DNA from: an uncultured virus (IMG/VR IMGVR_UViG_3300042294_002635)
Lineage: Duplodnaviria > Heunggongvirae > Uroviricota > Caudoviricetes
Virus record (IMG/VR): IMGVR_UViG_3300042294_002635
DNA length: 64,000 nt
Direction: 5' to 3' (one strand)
The notes under the pieces were generated by a model. That model searched no databases and was not told the DNA's origin. It saw only the letters and a list, made by a program, of their open reading frames with translations. How positions within the stretch are numbered: position 1 is the stretch's first letter; each line of letters begins with the position of its first letter. Below, in pieces: positions 41,765 through 52,603 of this stretch. The position numbers were made by a program, and so were the translations under genes.

Positions 41765-42388
41765 ATGAAGTCTCCCCCTGAATCAGTTACAGGACAACTT
41801 TTGCTGAAGCCAGGGGACAGTGTGTTTGTTCCTGGAAAAATACTTAAAAATTCTCCCGACGGTCGAACCTGGGGAACTGAAGTTCCTTACCTTCACTTTC
41901 GGAAGAGTCCAGTAAAAGACGGTCTCTACGTTGTGTCCGACATCTGGATGCACCCAAAAGCAACGGACCCGAACGTTCCATCCTCCTACTGCTACACTCT
42001 GGTAAGAGTCCGTGATGATCGTACTTGGACAAAAGGGTGGAGAGTCAGACTCCGAACCTCCTTCACACCTGAAGACCTGTCCTCAACAAAACTGCCTTTC
42101 AACTGCGTCGACTGGGACAATCTCATTCGAGACGAAATAGTTGAGACCGCTGCGTACACCCCTGGCGAAAAGTTCGACATGGACGAGTTTAGAAAGGATC
42201 TCGGCCAAGTTCTTTACAAGCACAAGGTTACTCTGTCAGTAGACACGAAGTTCTCCGACTACTGGGACGATTACGGCACAGACCACCTTGTTGTACTCGT
42301 CAACGGAGAGATAAAAGGAGACCTCGGGACTAACTTTCCTAGAAGAAGATCCGAGCCGAGGTGGGACAACGGGGAACAAAACCGCTAA
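41765..42388 (+). CDS. hypothetical protein
   Basis: ATG downstream of repeat promoter; stop abuts the next repeat. Confidence 0.55.
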   Translation: MKSPPESVTGQLLLKPGDSVFVPGKILKNSPDGRTWGTEVPYLHFRKSPVKDGLYVVSDIWMHPKATDPNVPSSYCYTLVRVRDDRTWTKGWRVRLRTSFTPEDLSSTKLPFNCVDWDNLIRDEIVETAAYTPGEKFDMDEFRKDLGQVLYKHKVTLSVDTKFSDYWDDYGTDHLVVLVNGEIKGDLGTNFPRRRSEPRWDNGEQNR

Positions 42389-42798
42389 GAGCGGCTTCCC
42401 GCCATTGTTTCTGCTCTGCAGAAACGGTATCATTGCTTCATAGACACCCCATCGGACAAACTAATGCAAATCTGGCAAACGTATTGCAGTTCAGACGATA
42501 TCGAGGGTAGGGGCCCAATGGTTCCCAATCTCGTTTTCCTTCACCAGCCTCACGCTGAAAGGTACATTGATGAGCAACCTGGAGTTATGGGGTTACTGGG
42601 CCGGAGAGGGGGCTGGGAGATTAAACCGGTTAACGTGATTGACTACGACATCGTTCAGGCGAAAGCCAGCAAGGAGAAAATTCGCCAGGAAGCTCTCAAG
42701 AAGCTCTCTCAAGAGGAGAAAGAAGCTCTTGGACTGACTTTCACCTAAAGAGGAACGTTCACTCCCTTTCCCTCCTCGGCTGACCCCCATACTAAAAA

Positions 42799-43908
42799 AT
42801 GGAAATAAACCTGCGCCACTTTCTAATCGACTGGTTAAACTACCGTGTCGAGACCGCTTTTGAAGCACTCGCTGAACACGACATTCGTGTTGCTCGCGAC
42901 GAACGTTACCCTGCTCTCTACAACTTGAAGTACGGCAGTGTAATGGCGGACAAGGCACTGCCGATCGTTCGTGCCTGCCGTGGTGCCGTAGTCGAACTCG
43001 TTGACGATGGTACGGGCTCCCCGTACTTTCGGCTGGTTGCGTACGCCTTCGATCGCTTTTTCAACGTTGGCGAGGGGTATGCCGCTGAGATTGATTGGTC
43101 CACTGCCCGTGTAGCTGAGAAGTATGACGGGTCTCTGATCAAGTTGTTTAGCTATAAGGGGGATTGGGTAGTTTCAACCTCCGGTTCAGTCGCTGGTTCC
43201 TCGGAAGTAGGAACCACGGGTCGCTCCTTCTCCGAGTTGTTTTGGCACGTGTTTGACGAAGTTGGCTACGAGCGGGTGGACCTGGACCCTAATTTCGTGT
43301 ATATCTATGAATTGTGCCACAAAGACAACAAAATTGTTGTAGACTACGAGACTCCCCTTTTACCTCTCTTAACTGTCCGTAGCGTAATAGATGACCTGAA
43401 CGAAAAGGATCTCAAGTACTTTGAGAACCGATTCAATCTCGCTCAGACCTACGACCTGCGCTCACATGAAGCTGTAACCCAGTTTGTAAACGACTCTTCT
43501 CGTGGTACCGCTGAAGGCGTAATTATTGTCGACGGAAACGGAAACCGCCAGAAAGACAAGTCCAACGTCTACTGTCAGTTGCACAGGGTTAAAGGAAACG
43601 GAGAACCGGATTTCTCCGAGCTTTTCCTGAACGACGACTTGGAAGAGTTTCTGCTTCACTTTCCCGAGTATCGTAGGGGTTTTGACGTTCACCTGCGTTC
43701 CATCGAAGTGATGGAGAGTGCGGTGAGCGAGAACATGAGGGCTCACAACCATCTTAACCAGAAGGATTTCGCTCAAGCCGTACTTGCCGAGTCAAAAGAA
43801 CTTTCTGGAGCATGCTTTGCGATTCGATCCGGCAAAGTCGGATCCTTTGCAGAGTGGCTCGAAGGTTTAACCCCGAAAAAGCTCGACGTTTTGCTCGGAA
43901 TTTCCTGA
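42799..43908 (+). CDS. RNA ligase 1 (T4 RnlA-like)
   Basis: CRG, AFDRFFN.GE, motif I EKYDGSL, YEL..N.IVV.Y, EGVI. Confidence 0.88.
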   Translation: MEINLRHFLIDWLNYRVETAFEALAEHDIRVARDERYPALYNLKYGSVMADKALPIVRACRGAVVELVDDGTGSPYFRLVAYAFDRFFNVGEGYAAEIDWSTARVAEKYDGSLIKLFSYKGDWVVSTSGSVAGSSEVGTTGRSFSELFWHVFDEVGYERVDLDPNFVYIYELCHKDNKIVVDYETPLLPLLTVRSVIDDLNEKDLKYFENRFNLAQTYDLRSHEAVTQFVNDSSRGTAEGVIIVDGNGNRQKDKSNVYCQLHRVKGNGEPDFSELFLNDDLEEFLLHFPEYRRGFDVHLRSIEVMESAVSENMRAHNHLNQKDFAQAVLAESKELSGACFAIRSGKVGSFAEWLEGLTPKKLDVLLGIS

Positions 43909-44192
43909 CTAGTCCCTTTCTCCTTGCGCACCTACCCGAGACAAATGTACAAAGTCACATTCACAAACGCCCACCTTGAAAACCGCACCATCGAGTGCAG
44001 ATTTTACGACTTGGAATTAAGTAGTATTCCGGCAAAGGGAAGCACGTTGACACTAGAGCAAGTAACCTACCGTGTAGGTGACGCCCACTGGTTCATTAGC
44101 TATGACGACTCCCCAATGCACACAGGAAGGAACGCCGACGTGTCCGTAAAGATTGAGTTGTTTCCCGTTCCCTTCAACTAACCTGAGTCAAA

Positions 44193-45404
44193 ATGGCAAA
44201 GTCCCATAACTACGTCAATTCTAAAGGAGAGGAAATCGACTTCGCTGACTCCTTCAATGTCGGCTTAATAAATGACGCCATTGATGCAGCTACCGCTGCA
44301 CTAGATGCCGAGCCGAGTGAGAATGTGCCAATTCCAGACCATGCGAGCATGCTCGCTTTCGCATGTGGCCGTGAGCCCTGGGCAACTTGGCTGAAATCTG
44401 GCGGCTCCTTGGAATCGGCTCACCTTGAGCTGTCTGATCTGATGCTGGCTGTCCTTGCCCAATGGGGCCAATCCACCCCGCCAGCGCCGGAGGTGAGTGA
44501 TGGGCCAAGCGACGAGCAGATCGAACAGGTGGCGCAGCTAGTTTACGCGTCGATGAGGTTCGCGGTTCCCGACATCCCCGCCATCTATGGCCTAAGCGAG
44601 TGGGTAGAGCGTGGCGGCGGTCTAATGCAGGTCAAGGCGCGGAAAACTGCTCGCGCCGTCCTCGCCCGCTGGGGCAACCCCGCCACCCTGGCTGAGCCGG
44701 AGCCGGGGGAGGTGGCGGGGGTTGCGGAATGGCTTAACAAGCGTGGACAGATGGCAGACCTAGGAGTAAAGGATTGGTATTTCCGCTCTGCCACCCTGCT
44801 CCAGCAGCAGGCTGCCGAGCTGGCTGCCCTGCGGATTACGCATGAGGTGGACCAGGGGAAAGTGAAAGAGACTGTCGATGCCTTGGTAAAAGCTGAGGCC
44901 ATCTTGACAGATGTAGTTGAGGGTGAGTCCCCTGTTGATTGCGGCCCCAGCAATGCTCATAATTATTTTGCCGAACAATGTGGTCACCTTGAATCAGGTC
45001 TTGAAAAATGTGAAGAACTCCTGGAAAATATAAGGTCGGTGATCAAACGACACGAAATCGGAAAGCATAGCCCGTCAAACGGCTTAGAGCCAGTATCTGT
45101 ATCCGAGCGGCTGCCGGGAAGAGAGGATTGTGATAATGAGGGACGCTGTTGGTGGTTGATGAAACCCCTTGCGGCCAGGGCTTCACCGTCCTGGGTGTTT
45201 GGTTTATCTTCCACTAAAGATGGTCAGGGTGGAGTATTTTTCCAAACCCACTGGCTCCCTCACAATGCCATCCCCCTACCCCAGAATGTGGGAGTGCTAT
45301 CTTCAAATGGTGAATATGAAGCGGGAAGTATGTGGATGGGCCACACTCGCCCCAACAGTGACGCCAGTAGGGTTGAGCAAGCAGCTACCAGGGGAGAAGG
45401 ATGA
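44193..45404 (+). CDS. mosaic hypothetical protein
   Basis: 403-aa ORF with a GC-rich middle and modules shared with the 14449 and 19860 ORFs. Confidence 0.6.
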   Translation: MAKSHNYVNSKGEEIDFADSFNVGLINDAIDAATAALDAEPSENVPIPDHASMLAFACGREPWATWLKSGGSLESAHLELSDLMLAVLAQWGQSTPPAPEVSDGPSDEQIEQVAQLVYASMRFAVPDIPAIYGLSEWVERGGGLMQVKARKTARAVLARWGNPATLAEPEPGEVAGVAEWLNKRGQMADLGVKDWYFRSATLLQQQAAELAALRITHEVDQGKVKETVDALVKAEAILTDVVEGESPVDCGPSNAHNYFAEQCGHLESGLEKCEELLENIRSVIKRHEIGKHSPSNGLEPVSVSERLPGREDCDNEGRCWWLMKPLAARASPSWVFGLSSTKDGQGGVFFQTHWLPHNAIPLPQNVGVLSSNGEYEAGSMWMGHTRPNSDASRVEQAATRGEG

Positions 45405-46072
45405 GGGAGTCTAATTTCCACCGGAAACACCTTGTTTCTAAGGACTTTTCGGGGTCCGATATGCCTTACAGCACTTTCTTCAGGTCCAAACTCTGGGATG
45501 TTGATTTCAGCTTCGCTGACTTAACTGGTTCTGACTTTAGGCACTCCCTCATTCGCCGTTGCAACTTTAATGGTGCTATACTCAAAGGTGCTTTGTTTGA
45601 GGGGTGTAGTTTCGGGGCACTCAAATCTTCTTTTGTGGGTACCATCCTACCCCACCATGGGGGTATTCCAGTCCAGGGGGCATTTCATGCTTATACGATA
45701 GCCGACTCTGGCTTGATTAGACTTGTTGTCCCTGCAGACGCCAGACGAGGGGTTAGTCTTCAGGGGTGTAAGTGGGTGTCTCATGCAAGAGTTTGCGAAG
45801 GCTCCGGAAGGTGCTGGGGTGTCGTTCACAGAGGGGTGTACGAAAGAGCAAAGTATATTAAGGGGGAAGTTGTATCCCCTGGGTGGAATATAGTCGTCTT
45901 CCTAACCAGGGGTGAAGCACTTGACGCTTTGGAGGAAGCCGCACGATTCAGTGTGCTGAAGCCTTACCCGTTGGACTTTGAAGGAAGCTACGGAGACTGG
46001 GTAAGCAGAAAACGGTTAACCGTGCCGGGGCAGACGGTTTCCCCCCTTGCCTTCGTGGAGCAAAAGAGCTAA
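45401..46072 (+). CDS. pentapeptide-repeat protein
   Basis: DFSGS, DFSFADLTGSDF, NFNGAILKGALF repeats. Confidence 0.7.
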   Translation: MRESNFHRKHLVSKDFSGSDMPYSTFFRSKLWDVDFSFADLTGSDFRHSLIRRCNFNGAILKGALFEGCSFGALKSSFVGTILPHHGGIPVQGAFHAYTIADSGLIRLVVPADARRGVSLQGCKWVSHARVCEGSGRCWGVVHRGVYERAKYIKGEVVSPGWNIVVFLTRGEALDALEEAARFSVLKPYPLDFEGSYGDWVSRKRLTVPGQTVSPLAFVEQKS

Positions 46073-47907
46073 ACTTAGACCATGAAAAAGAAAGTTAAAA
46101 AGCGGCTCCAATCGCGCATCCGACGTGAAGTTTTCGACTTCTCGTACCCTGTGGACCTGGGTGAAGAGGTACGTAAAATTGAGAAGAATAGGAAAGCCAT
46201 TCAGGCGCTCCGGGCTTTTCACTTTGCTTACGACCCAGACAGAAGGAGCGGCGAGGAGACCTATGGCTACACGAGTCTGGAAAGCATCGAGTCAAGCCTT
46301 AAGTATATTTGTGATCGCTGGGGCTGCGCTTTTCGCTTAACTTGGCTCCTCGGAGTCCCGAGCGCGGTCGCCAACCTAAAGAGTTCACCCAAATTATCCA
46401 AATGACGTTCGCTCCAACAAAAGTTCTTGAGAAAGAAGTCGAATCCCTATTGAAATCTCTGAAAAAAGACATTCAAAACGACTACCGAGCTCACGAGGAA
46501 GACAGCATTCCGGGATTTTTGGTGACGATTGGTGCCGATTTGAACGATGACGGTTCCTTCTCTTGGGGTTTCCAAACCGGAGACAACAGCTATACTGGAG
46601 GAGCTTACGGCTTCCCCCACTGGGCAGTAGTCGGTCTCTATCGCCGAAGCAACTGCCGTGCTCTTGCGCAAGACGTCGTAGAGCAGATAACTGCGGAGTC
46701 CAACTTCAAGTAGCTCAGCCCTTTAAAACCCTAACCACACCCCTGAGTAAAATGCCCTGCCGTGACCCTTTTTATGATGTCCTCACCACGACTTCCGCTC
46801 TCTTGAGAGTGAGAGTGCCGGGAATCCTGTGCTAGCTCCAGTTCGTTATCTGCTTCCGACCGAGCAAGCAAAGGACAACTTGCGCCTGTTTCTCAACCAT
46901 GAAACTCGCTGAGGACCTAAAAAGAGTCGTCCGTACTCGGAAATCAAAGAGTACTTCTTGGATCCTTTTACGGAGAATCCCCCTGGGCAAAAGTTCTGGT
47001 TTGTGAAAGTAGTGTCTGGTGAGGTTAAAAGTGTTATGTTGTGGGTGCTGGTTGCGCTATTCCACCCTCGAGAGAACTCCGTATCAGGTCTAAAGGGGAA
47101 CTCGTAAGAACGACGCACTGTTGGGCGAACGACGAAGAACAAGCCAGGTCAATTGCTCTAAGTGACTATTATGCGCAGACTTGCACAATAACGGACTAGA
47201 CAATTACTTTGTTGAAAACAAATGAACAAGCTAAGATCAATTACTGACAAGGTATTAAGATTTGGATGGGAGGACGGTGCCCGTGGCGGAAGTCGACCCT
47301 TTCGCTTATCCGTGTGGATTGAAGACACTCTACATTGGTGGAAAACGGGGGAGTCAACGATTCACTGTGTGAACGGTCTTAAGCACCACAGGGTTTATCT
47401 TAGTGCCACGAGAGCCCCGCACACGGCACCGCTTGATGTACCTTTCACTAGACGGGGGGGAAAGGCTACCCCCCTAATAAAAGTTTGAGCAGGGTGATGG
47501 AAGACAACATTTCGAGACTACAGCAAATGACGAGAGATACGAGAGAAGAAACGGCTCGAATTCGTGAGGAAACAGCAATAATTGAAAAGGAGACCGCCCA
47601 GTACAGGGAACAAACAGCAAGGCTTAAGAAAGAAAACTCAAGACTGCGGGAGGAGATTCACCTTAAGCATGCTCAACGCCGTGAGCACAGGATAAAAATG
47701 GAAAGGGAAACGGAAGACAGGTTGCAAAGCATTGAGCTACGACTTCAGCAGTTGGAGGTTGCCCTGAAAAGCCAGTCGCAGGATGTGTGATCTTTCGAGT
47801 TGTTAGGGTCGTGCAAAGTTTTAGGGGGGCAAACCGCCCTAAACGTTCTGTTTTCCGTCTTGTTTCTGCTCTGCAGAAACGGTATAGTTAGTTTAATCAC
47901 CAAGCCT

Positions 47908-49071
47908 ATGTTCACATCTAAACCTCCTTCAAGCCTAACCCGTGGAATAATTGACACTTTTCCCGCAATAGCAGACGATACTTTTTTCACGACCCAGAAG
48001 AGGATAAAACTTGGGTTCGACCCGACCTCAAACTTTTTGCATCTGGGGCATTCTGTACTTCTTCGTAAGCTACGGACTTTTCAGGACCAGGGCCACATTC
48101 CCGTTGTCATTATTGGTGACTTCACTGCAAGAATAGGGGACCCCACGGGAAAGTCCTCGGTAAGAAAGCAACTTTCAAAAGAAGAAGTAGATTCCAACAT
48201 TGACAGCTTCATTACAGCAATATCACGCTTCGTAAACCTGGAAAAATGTGAGCTGGTTCTCAACTCTAGCCATTTAGAGTGCCTACACTTGTCAGACATT
48301 GTTAAACTTCAGTCCATAACAACTGTACAGCAAATGATTGCAAAGCAAGATTTTGCACACCGCATTGAGTTACAAACTCCGATTAGGCTACACGAGTTTA
48401 TGTACCCTTTGCTCCAAGGGTACGACAGTTTTCATGTAGAGTCGGACGTAGAGCTCGGTGGCACTGACCAGAAATTCAATGTTGGCTTGGGTAGAGAGGT
48501 TCAAAAACATTTCGACTCACCGGTCCAGCAAGTTGGTATGCTAATGCCAATTCTACCGGGCACCGACGGAGTGCAAAAAATGAGCAAAAGTCTGAACAAT
48601 GCCATTGGACTCGACGAACACCCACTTCAAATGTTCTCTAAACTTGAGAAGGTTCCGGACCAATTGGTTAACGATTACATTACACTCCTCACCGACTGCA
48701 ACCTGGATCAGTTTCCGGAAAATCCTCGAGAAAGACAGAAGCGAATGGCCGTAGAAGTCGTCTCCACCTTCCATGGAAGGGAGAAAGCTCTGAAGGCACT
48801 GAAAGACTCCGAGGCCCTTGTTTTCTCACAGACAATTGAAGTTAACGTGCCGGAAGTTTCGACTAAGGGAGTGGATTTTCCCTGCCGTCTAGCTACCATC
48901 CTAAAAACACTCAATTTGGTAGAAAGCACAAGCGAGGCTCGACGTAAAATAAAGGCAGGCTCTGTAAAAGTTGACGGGGTTGGGGTTACTGACGAAAACC
49001 TGACCATTGAGTCTGTCTCGAAGGGTGTTATTGTTCAACTGTCGAAAAAAGACTTTTTTAAGTTGGTGTGA
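47908..49071 (+). CDS. tyrS: tyrosyl-tRNA synthetase
   Basis: KLGFDPT, HLGH, IGDPTGK, YPLLQGYD, GGTDQ.FN, KMSKS, C-terminal S4-like domain. Confidence 0.96.
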   Translation: MFTSKPPSSLTRGIIDTFPAIADDTFFTTQKRIKLGFDPTSNFLHLGHSVLLRKLRTFQDQGHIPVVIIGDFTARIGDPTGKSSVRKQLSKEEVDSNIDSFITAISRFVNLEKCELVLNSSHLECLHLSDIVKLQSITTVQQMIAKQDFAHRIELQTPIRLHEFMYPLLQGYDSFHVESDVELGGTDQKFNVGLGREVQKHFDSPVQQVGMLMPILPGTDGVQKMSKSLNNAIGLDEHPLQMFSKLEKVPDQLVNDYITLLTDCNLDQFPENPRERQKRMAVEVVSTFHGREKALKALKDSEALVFSQTIEVNVPEVSTKGVDFPCRLATILKTLNLVESTSEARRKIKAGSVKVDGVGVTDENLTIESVSKGVIVQLSKKDFFKLV

Positions 49072-49663
49072 TTTCCTTTGAGTTGGTCTTGACCGTGTGT
49101 GAACTCTCCAGTATGGGCGGTTTACCCCCCTTTTCTCTGCGGGGCAGAAACGGTATACTAAATGAGTTGTGTTCCTCCAAAAACAATGGATTCCACTAAC
49201 GCGGTGACTCTTAGAGTTATAAGACCCCTTGATAACGCATCCGATTTGCTTACAACGCTTGAAAACCGTGTCTTGTACGAGAACGAGAAGCGAGGGGAAG
49301 CAGAGGTGAAAGCCGAACGTTTTGCTCGCGCACTCGTGACCGTTTTGGATGGAGTGCAAGACCACGAACTGCAGAGCATGACGGGTCTGAGTGAAGCCGA
49401 CTGCAACGAGATAGCTCGCACTCGCTCTGAGGCTGCCACTCTTGTTCCTGTAAGACTCTGAAAGGGGGCGGTTTACCCCCCTTACCTTTCCGACAGGAAA
49501 GCGGTATAGTTACTTCAGTCCACTTGAGCAACCATGTTCCCCCTGAACGACCTTTCCGCACTTCACAGCATCTTCTTCACGTTGCTTGGTTTGGTTTCGT
49601 TTATTCTTGTCCTCAATCGGCCCCAGACCCGAGCCTGACTCCCCCGTCTCATTACCAAACAAA

Positions 49664-50122
49664 ATGACTCTCACTGCACAAGCGGTCCGGCATGCCCAGG
49701 CAATCGCGTTAGACACCCCCCTCGGACTGCCCCCCTTACCTTTCATTCCTGTTACTTGGCTCTTCGCCGACCGGCTTTCCCCTGATCAGCAGGAGGCTAA
49801 CCTGCTACATGTGGCCTTGTGGGTGGTCGAACGCGATTCTCACAACTTTAACATGGATCACTGGCATGACGCCTGGGGTGGCTTAATCGGGATAACCCGT
49901 CAGGGACTCCCACAAATTCTCAGCACATGCGGAACTGTCCACTGTATAGCTGGTTTCAGCCAGGTGATGGCCGGTCAAAAGGGGTTTGAGCTTCACCCGG
50001 AGACCGCTGGACGACTTTTGCTTGGTGTAGAAGCCCAATGTCACTTTTTCGACAGCAACGAAGATGGCCTCGCCTTCCTTCAGCACGTCATTTCACGTAA
50101 TTCCCCTGGTACTAGTGCTTGA
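49664..50122 (+). CDS. hypothetical protein, CGTVHCI paralog 1
   Basis: NL.HVALW.VERD..NFNM...CGTVHCI.GFSQVM. Confidence 0.65.
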   Translation: MTLTAQAVRHAQAIALDTPLGLPPLPFIPVTWLFADRLSPDQQEANLLHVALWVVERDSHNFNMDHWHDAWGGLIGITRQGLPQILSTCGTVHCIAGFSQVMAGQKGFELHPETAGRLLLGVEAQCHFFDSNEDGLAFLQHVISRNSPGTSA

Positions 50123-50497
50123 AACAAGAATGGAAACCGAAATCCTAAACCTGCGGTCTTTGTGCCGCAAGCAACAAATTGCACTTGCAGTGTTGCGGTC
50201 AATGTGCAATTCACAGACGGGCCACCTAGTACTTGAGAATTGGGAGCCAACACTCGACGATCTCGACCGCCGTGTGGATGCAGCACTGGCTGAGGTCCCT
50301 GCTCCAGGAGACAACTTTCCCGAGAAAACCGGCTTCCTTCGCAAGGCAAAAAATGCGTTTTTTCAACCTTCTGTGCGGCATCAGTCTCCAGGACGACGGT
50401 GATTGCTACAGGGCAACAACCCACCCACGTTAAACTACGGGTGTAAACTACGACCCGTGAGACCCTGCTCACTTAAAAACAACGAACCCTAAACAAA

Positions 50498-50908
50498 ATG
50501 ACTACCTCCACCGAAACACGTCCGAGCACTCAGGCAAGTTCACTAACCATCCCTAGTCTCCCGCACATTCCAGAAAGTTGGGACATTGTGCTTTCCCCTG
50601 AACAACAAGGAGAGAACTTACGGCACGTTGCACTCTGGATTGTGGAGCGTGACTTGGATAACTTCAATATGTTTGCGTACCACCTGAATGGGGACTACAC
50701 CAATTACTGGGAGGGAATAAACACCAGTAACTGCGGTACGGTTCACTGCATCGGAGGTTTCTCACAAGTTATGTGTGGAGAACTGGGCTTCACTGTCCAC
50801 CCTCGGATTGCAGGAAACAGGCTGTTAGGAGAAGAGGCCGAAAGCCACTTCTCGGACACCACTGAAGACGGTCTTGCTTTCCTTCGGGAAGTGATCGCTC
50901 GCGGTTAG
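50498..50908 (+). CDS. hypothetical protein, CGTVHCI paralog 2
   Basis: Aligns closely with the 49664 ORF. Confidence 0.65.
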   Translation: MTTSTETRPSTQASSLTIPSLPHIPESWDIVLSPEQQGENLRHVALWIVERDLDNFNMFAYHLNGDYTNYWEGINTSNCGTVHCIGGFSQVMCGELGFTVHPRIAGNRLLGEEAESHFSDTTEDGLAFLREVIARG

Positions 50909-51709
50909 TATGCAACGAAACTACCCCTTCAGTCGAAAACACCGTCACCCGAAGGGGTCTCGGTGGGTCGAGGTGAAAGATGGGCTGAGGCTAACCCCAA
51001 ATGAGAAGCTCATTCGTAAGCTGGACAAAGAGCGGGGTTCCCCCGAAGAGGTTACGCCAGTTGAAATACAAGTCTCATTGGGGTTTGTCCTCGTGGTGCT
51101 ACTTTCGGTGCTTTATCTATTCGGTTTATTTTACCCGACCGCCCCATGAAATTCGACACAATTTACCTCCCCATCGAAGAAGCGATTCCTGCTGCCGCAG
51201 ACTGGTGAGAACTATCAACCTGAAATCGACGGGCACTCCCTTATCAAGGTTTTATCGGTCGTTTCTCCGTAGCATAAGGGCAGGGCGGTTTCCCCCCCCT
51301 GCCTTTCCGGAAGGAAAGCGGTAAACTAAACTAGTTCAAAGCACTCAGATGAATCTCGCTCAGCTCGAAAAGAGCATCCCCAACAGTTACAATCTAACAA
51401 TTTCAAAGTCCCTAAAGAGGGACCAGGGCGACTGGTGGGACCGCTGGACCTGGGCCTTAAACAGCAGCGACAAACTCTACGAATCCCCCTGGTTCGGCTT
51501 CTCAACGTTACACGAAGTTCTCGAGGATCTTTCCACTCACCTTGAGCTTTACTCCGAGCTTTTTCAGAGCGACACGGCACACAAGGAAGAAACGGAAGAG
51601 GTGCTCACAGATGGCGAGCTCGATGAGCTTGTTAGGTGTTTGTCCTATCAGGACCCCGAACCCCGAATATCTAACTAGCTTACCTTAAACCGCACCCCTA
51701 AACCTGAAA

Positions 51710-52603
51710 ATGACAGTCACACTGAAAGCCACTCATCTTGTAAACGAGGGAAGCTACCTTATTCAAAGAAGCCACACATCCGCCAGCCTTGAGGTGGATG
51801 GAATCCCTGTAACGGCAAACACTTTCGTTGTGTCGGACCCTACGACCATCCTTAGTGTTCGCGTGTTTCAACCCGCAGTTACGCATTATGAGAACGAGAC
51901 TGGTAGCACTTTGTCAGTCGAGTCGTACATGGAACAGAAAAGCGATCTCGCTTCAAAAGGCACCCCGGAAGAGGGGTACTCAAGCTGCTACATCTTTGAG
52001 AATCTCGACGACGAATTCGCCTACAAGCGTTTTCTCAAAACGTGGGAGCCGGTGTTCGGCGAGTCTCGCACGGAAAAGGATCCCGTCAAACTTGAGGTGG
52101 TGGAGGTTCGTACCAACTCCGGCGACCCAGACATTCAGTCTATGTGGAACTCTCCGCAATGCGCAACCAAGGCACACCTATACACCTTAGACCGCAATGC
52201 GATTTCTCTCCGAGACTTCAAAGCTTGTTGCGAAGCTCATGGCTTAGACTACAATATCCCGTCCCACAGCGGTATTCGATTTGCAAAGATCGACGGGAAG
52301 TACGCCGGGTTTGACGACATGGACTTTTCCAAGTCTCCCCCTTTCATTGGTACTCTCGACCAGTGCAAAGCAGAAAAGTTGTCTCTTTACAAGAGGGTGA
52401 CGAATACTATCAAACTATACATTGCGAAGTATAGGACGAAACCCGCACTGAAAAACGCTGCGGAGGTTCTATCAGATCTAGACGCCATTCGGGTCATGGT
52501 ACAGAAAGCCACACCCATGAAAGCCTCTCGCGACAATCACACTGCCGCACTCGCAGCAATCAATAAGCTGCAGACCTCAGTTCGTAGGGAGATATTGGAC
52601 TAA
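51710..52603 (+). CDS. hypothetical protein
   Basis: 297-aa ORF whose stop abuts a repeat element. Confidence 0.6.
   Translation: MTVTLKATHLVNEGSYLIQRSHTSASLEVDGIPVTANTFVVSDPTTILSVRVFQPAVTHYENETGSTLSVESYMEQKSDLASKGTPEEGYSSCYIFENLDDEFAYKRFLKTWEPVFGESRTEKDPVKLEVVEVRTNSGDPDIQSMWNSPQCATKAHLYTLDRNAISLRDFKACCEAHGLDYNIPSHSGIRFAKIDGKYAGFDDMDFSKSPPFIGTLDQCKAEKLSLYKRVTNTIKLYIAKYRTKPALKNAAEVLSDLDAIRVMVQKATPMKASRDNHTAALAAINKLQTSVRREILD

Noticed and set aside
23387..49071. Cellular chromosome origin suggested by tsf, tyrS, prs, ssrA
   Set aside because: These genes lack their normal operon context and sit among dense, co-oriented small phage-type ORFs, RNA ligases and a Seg-like endonuclease.
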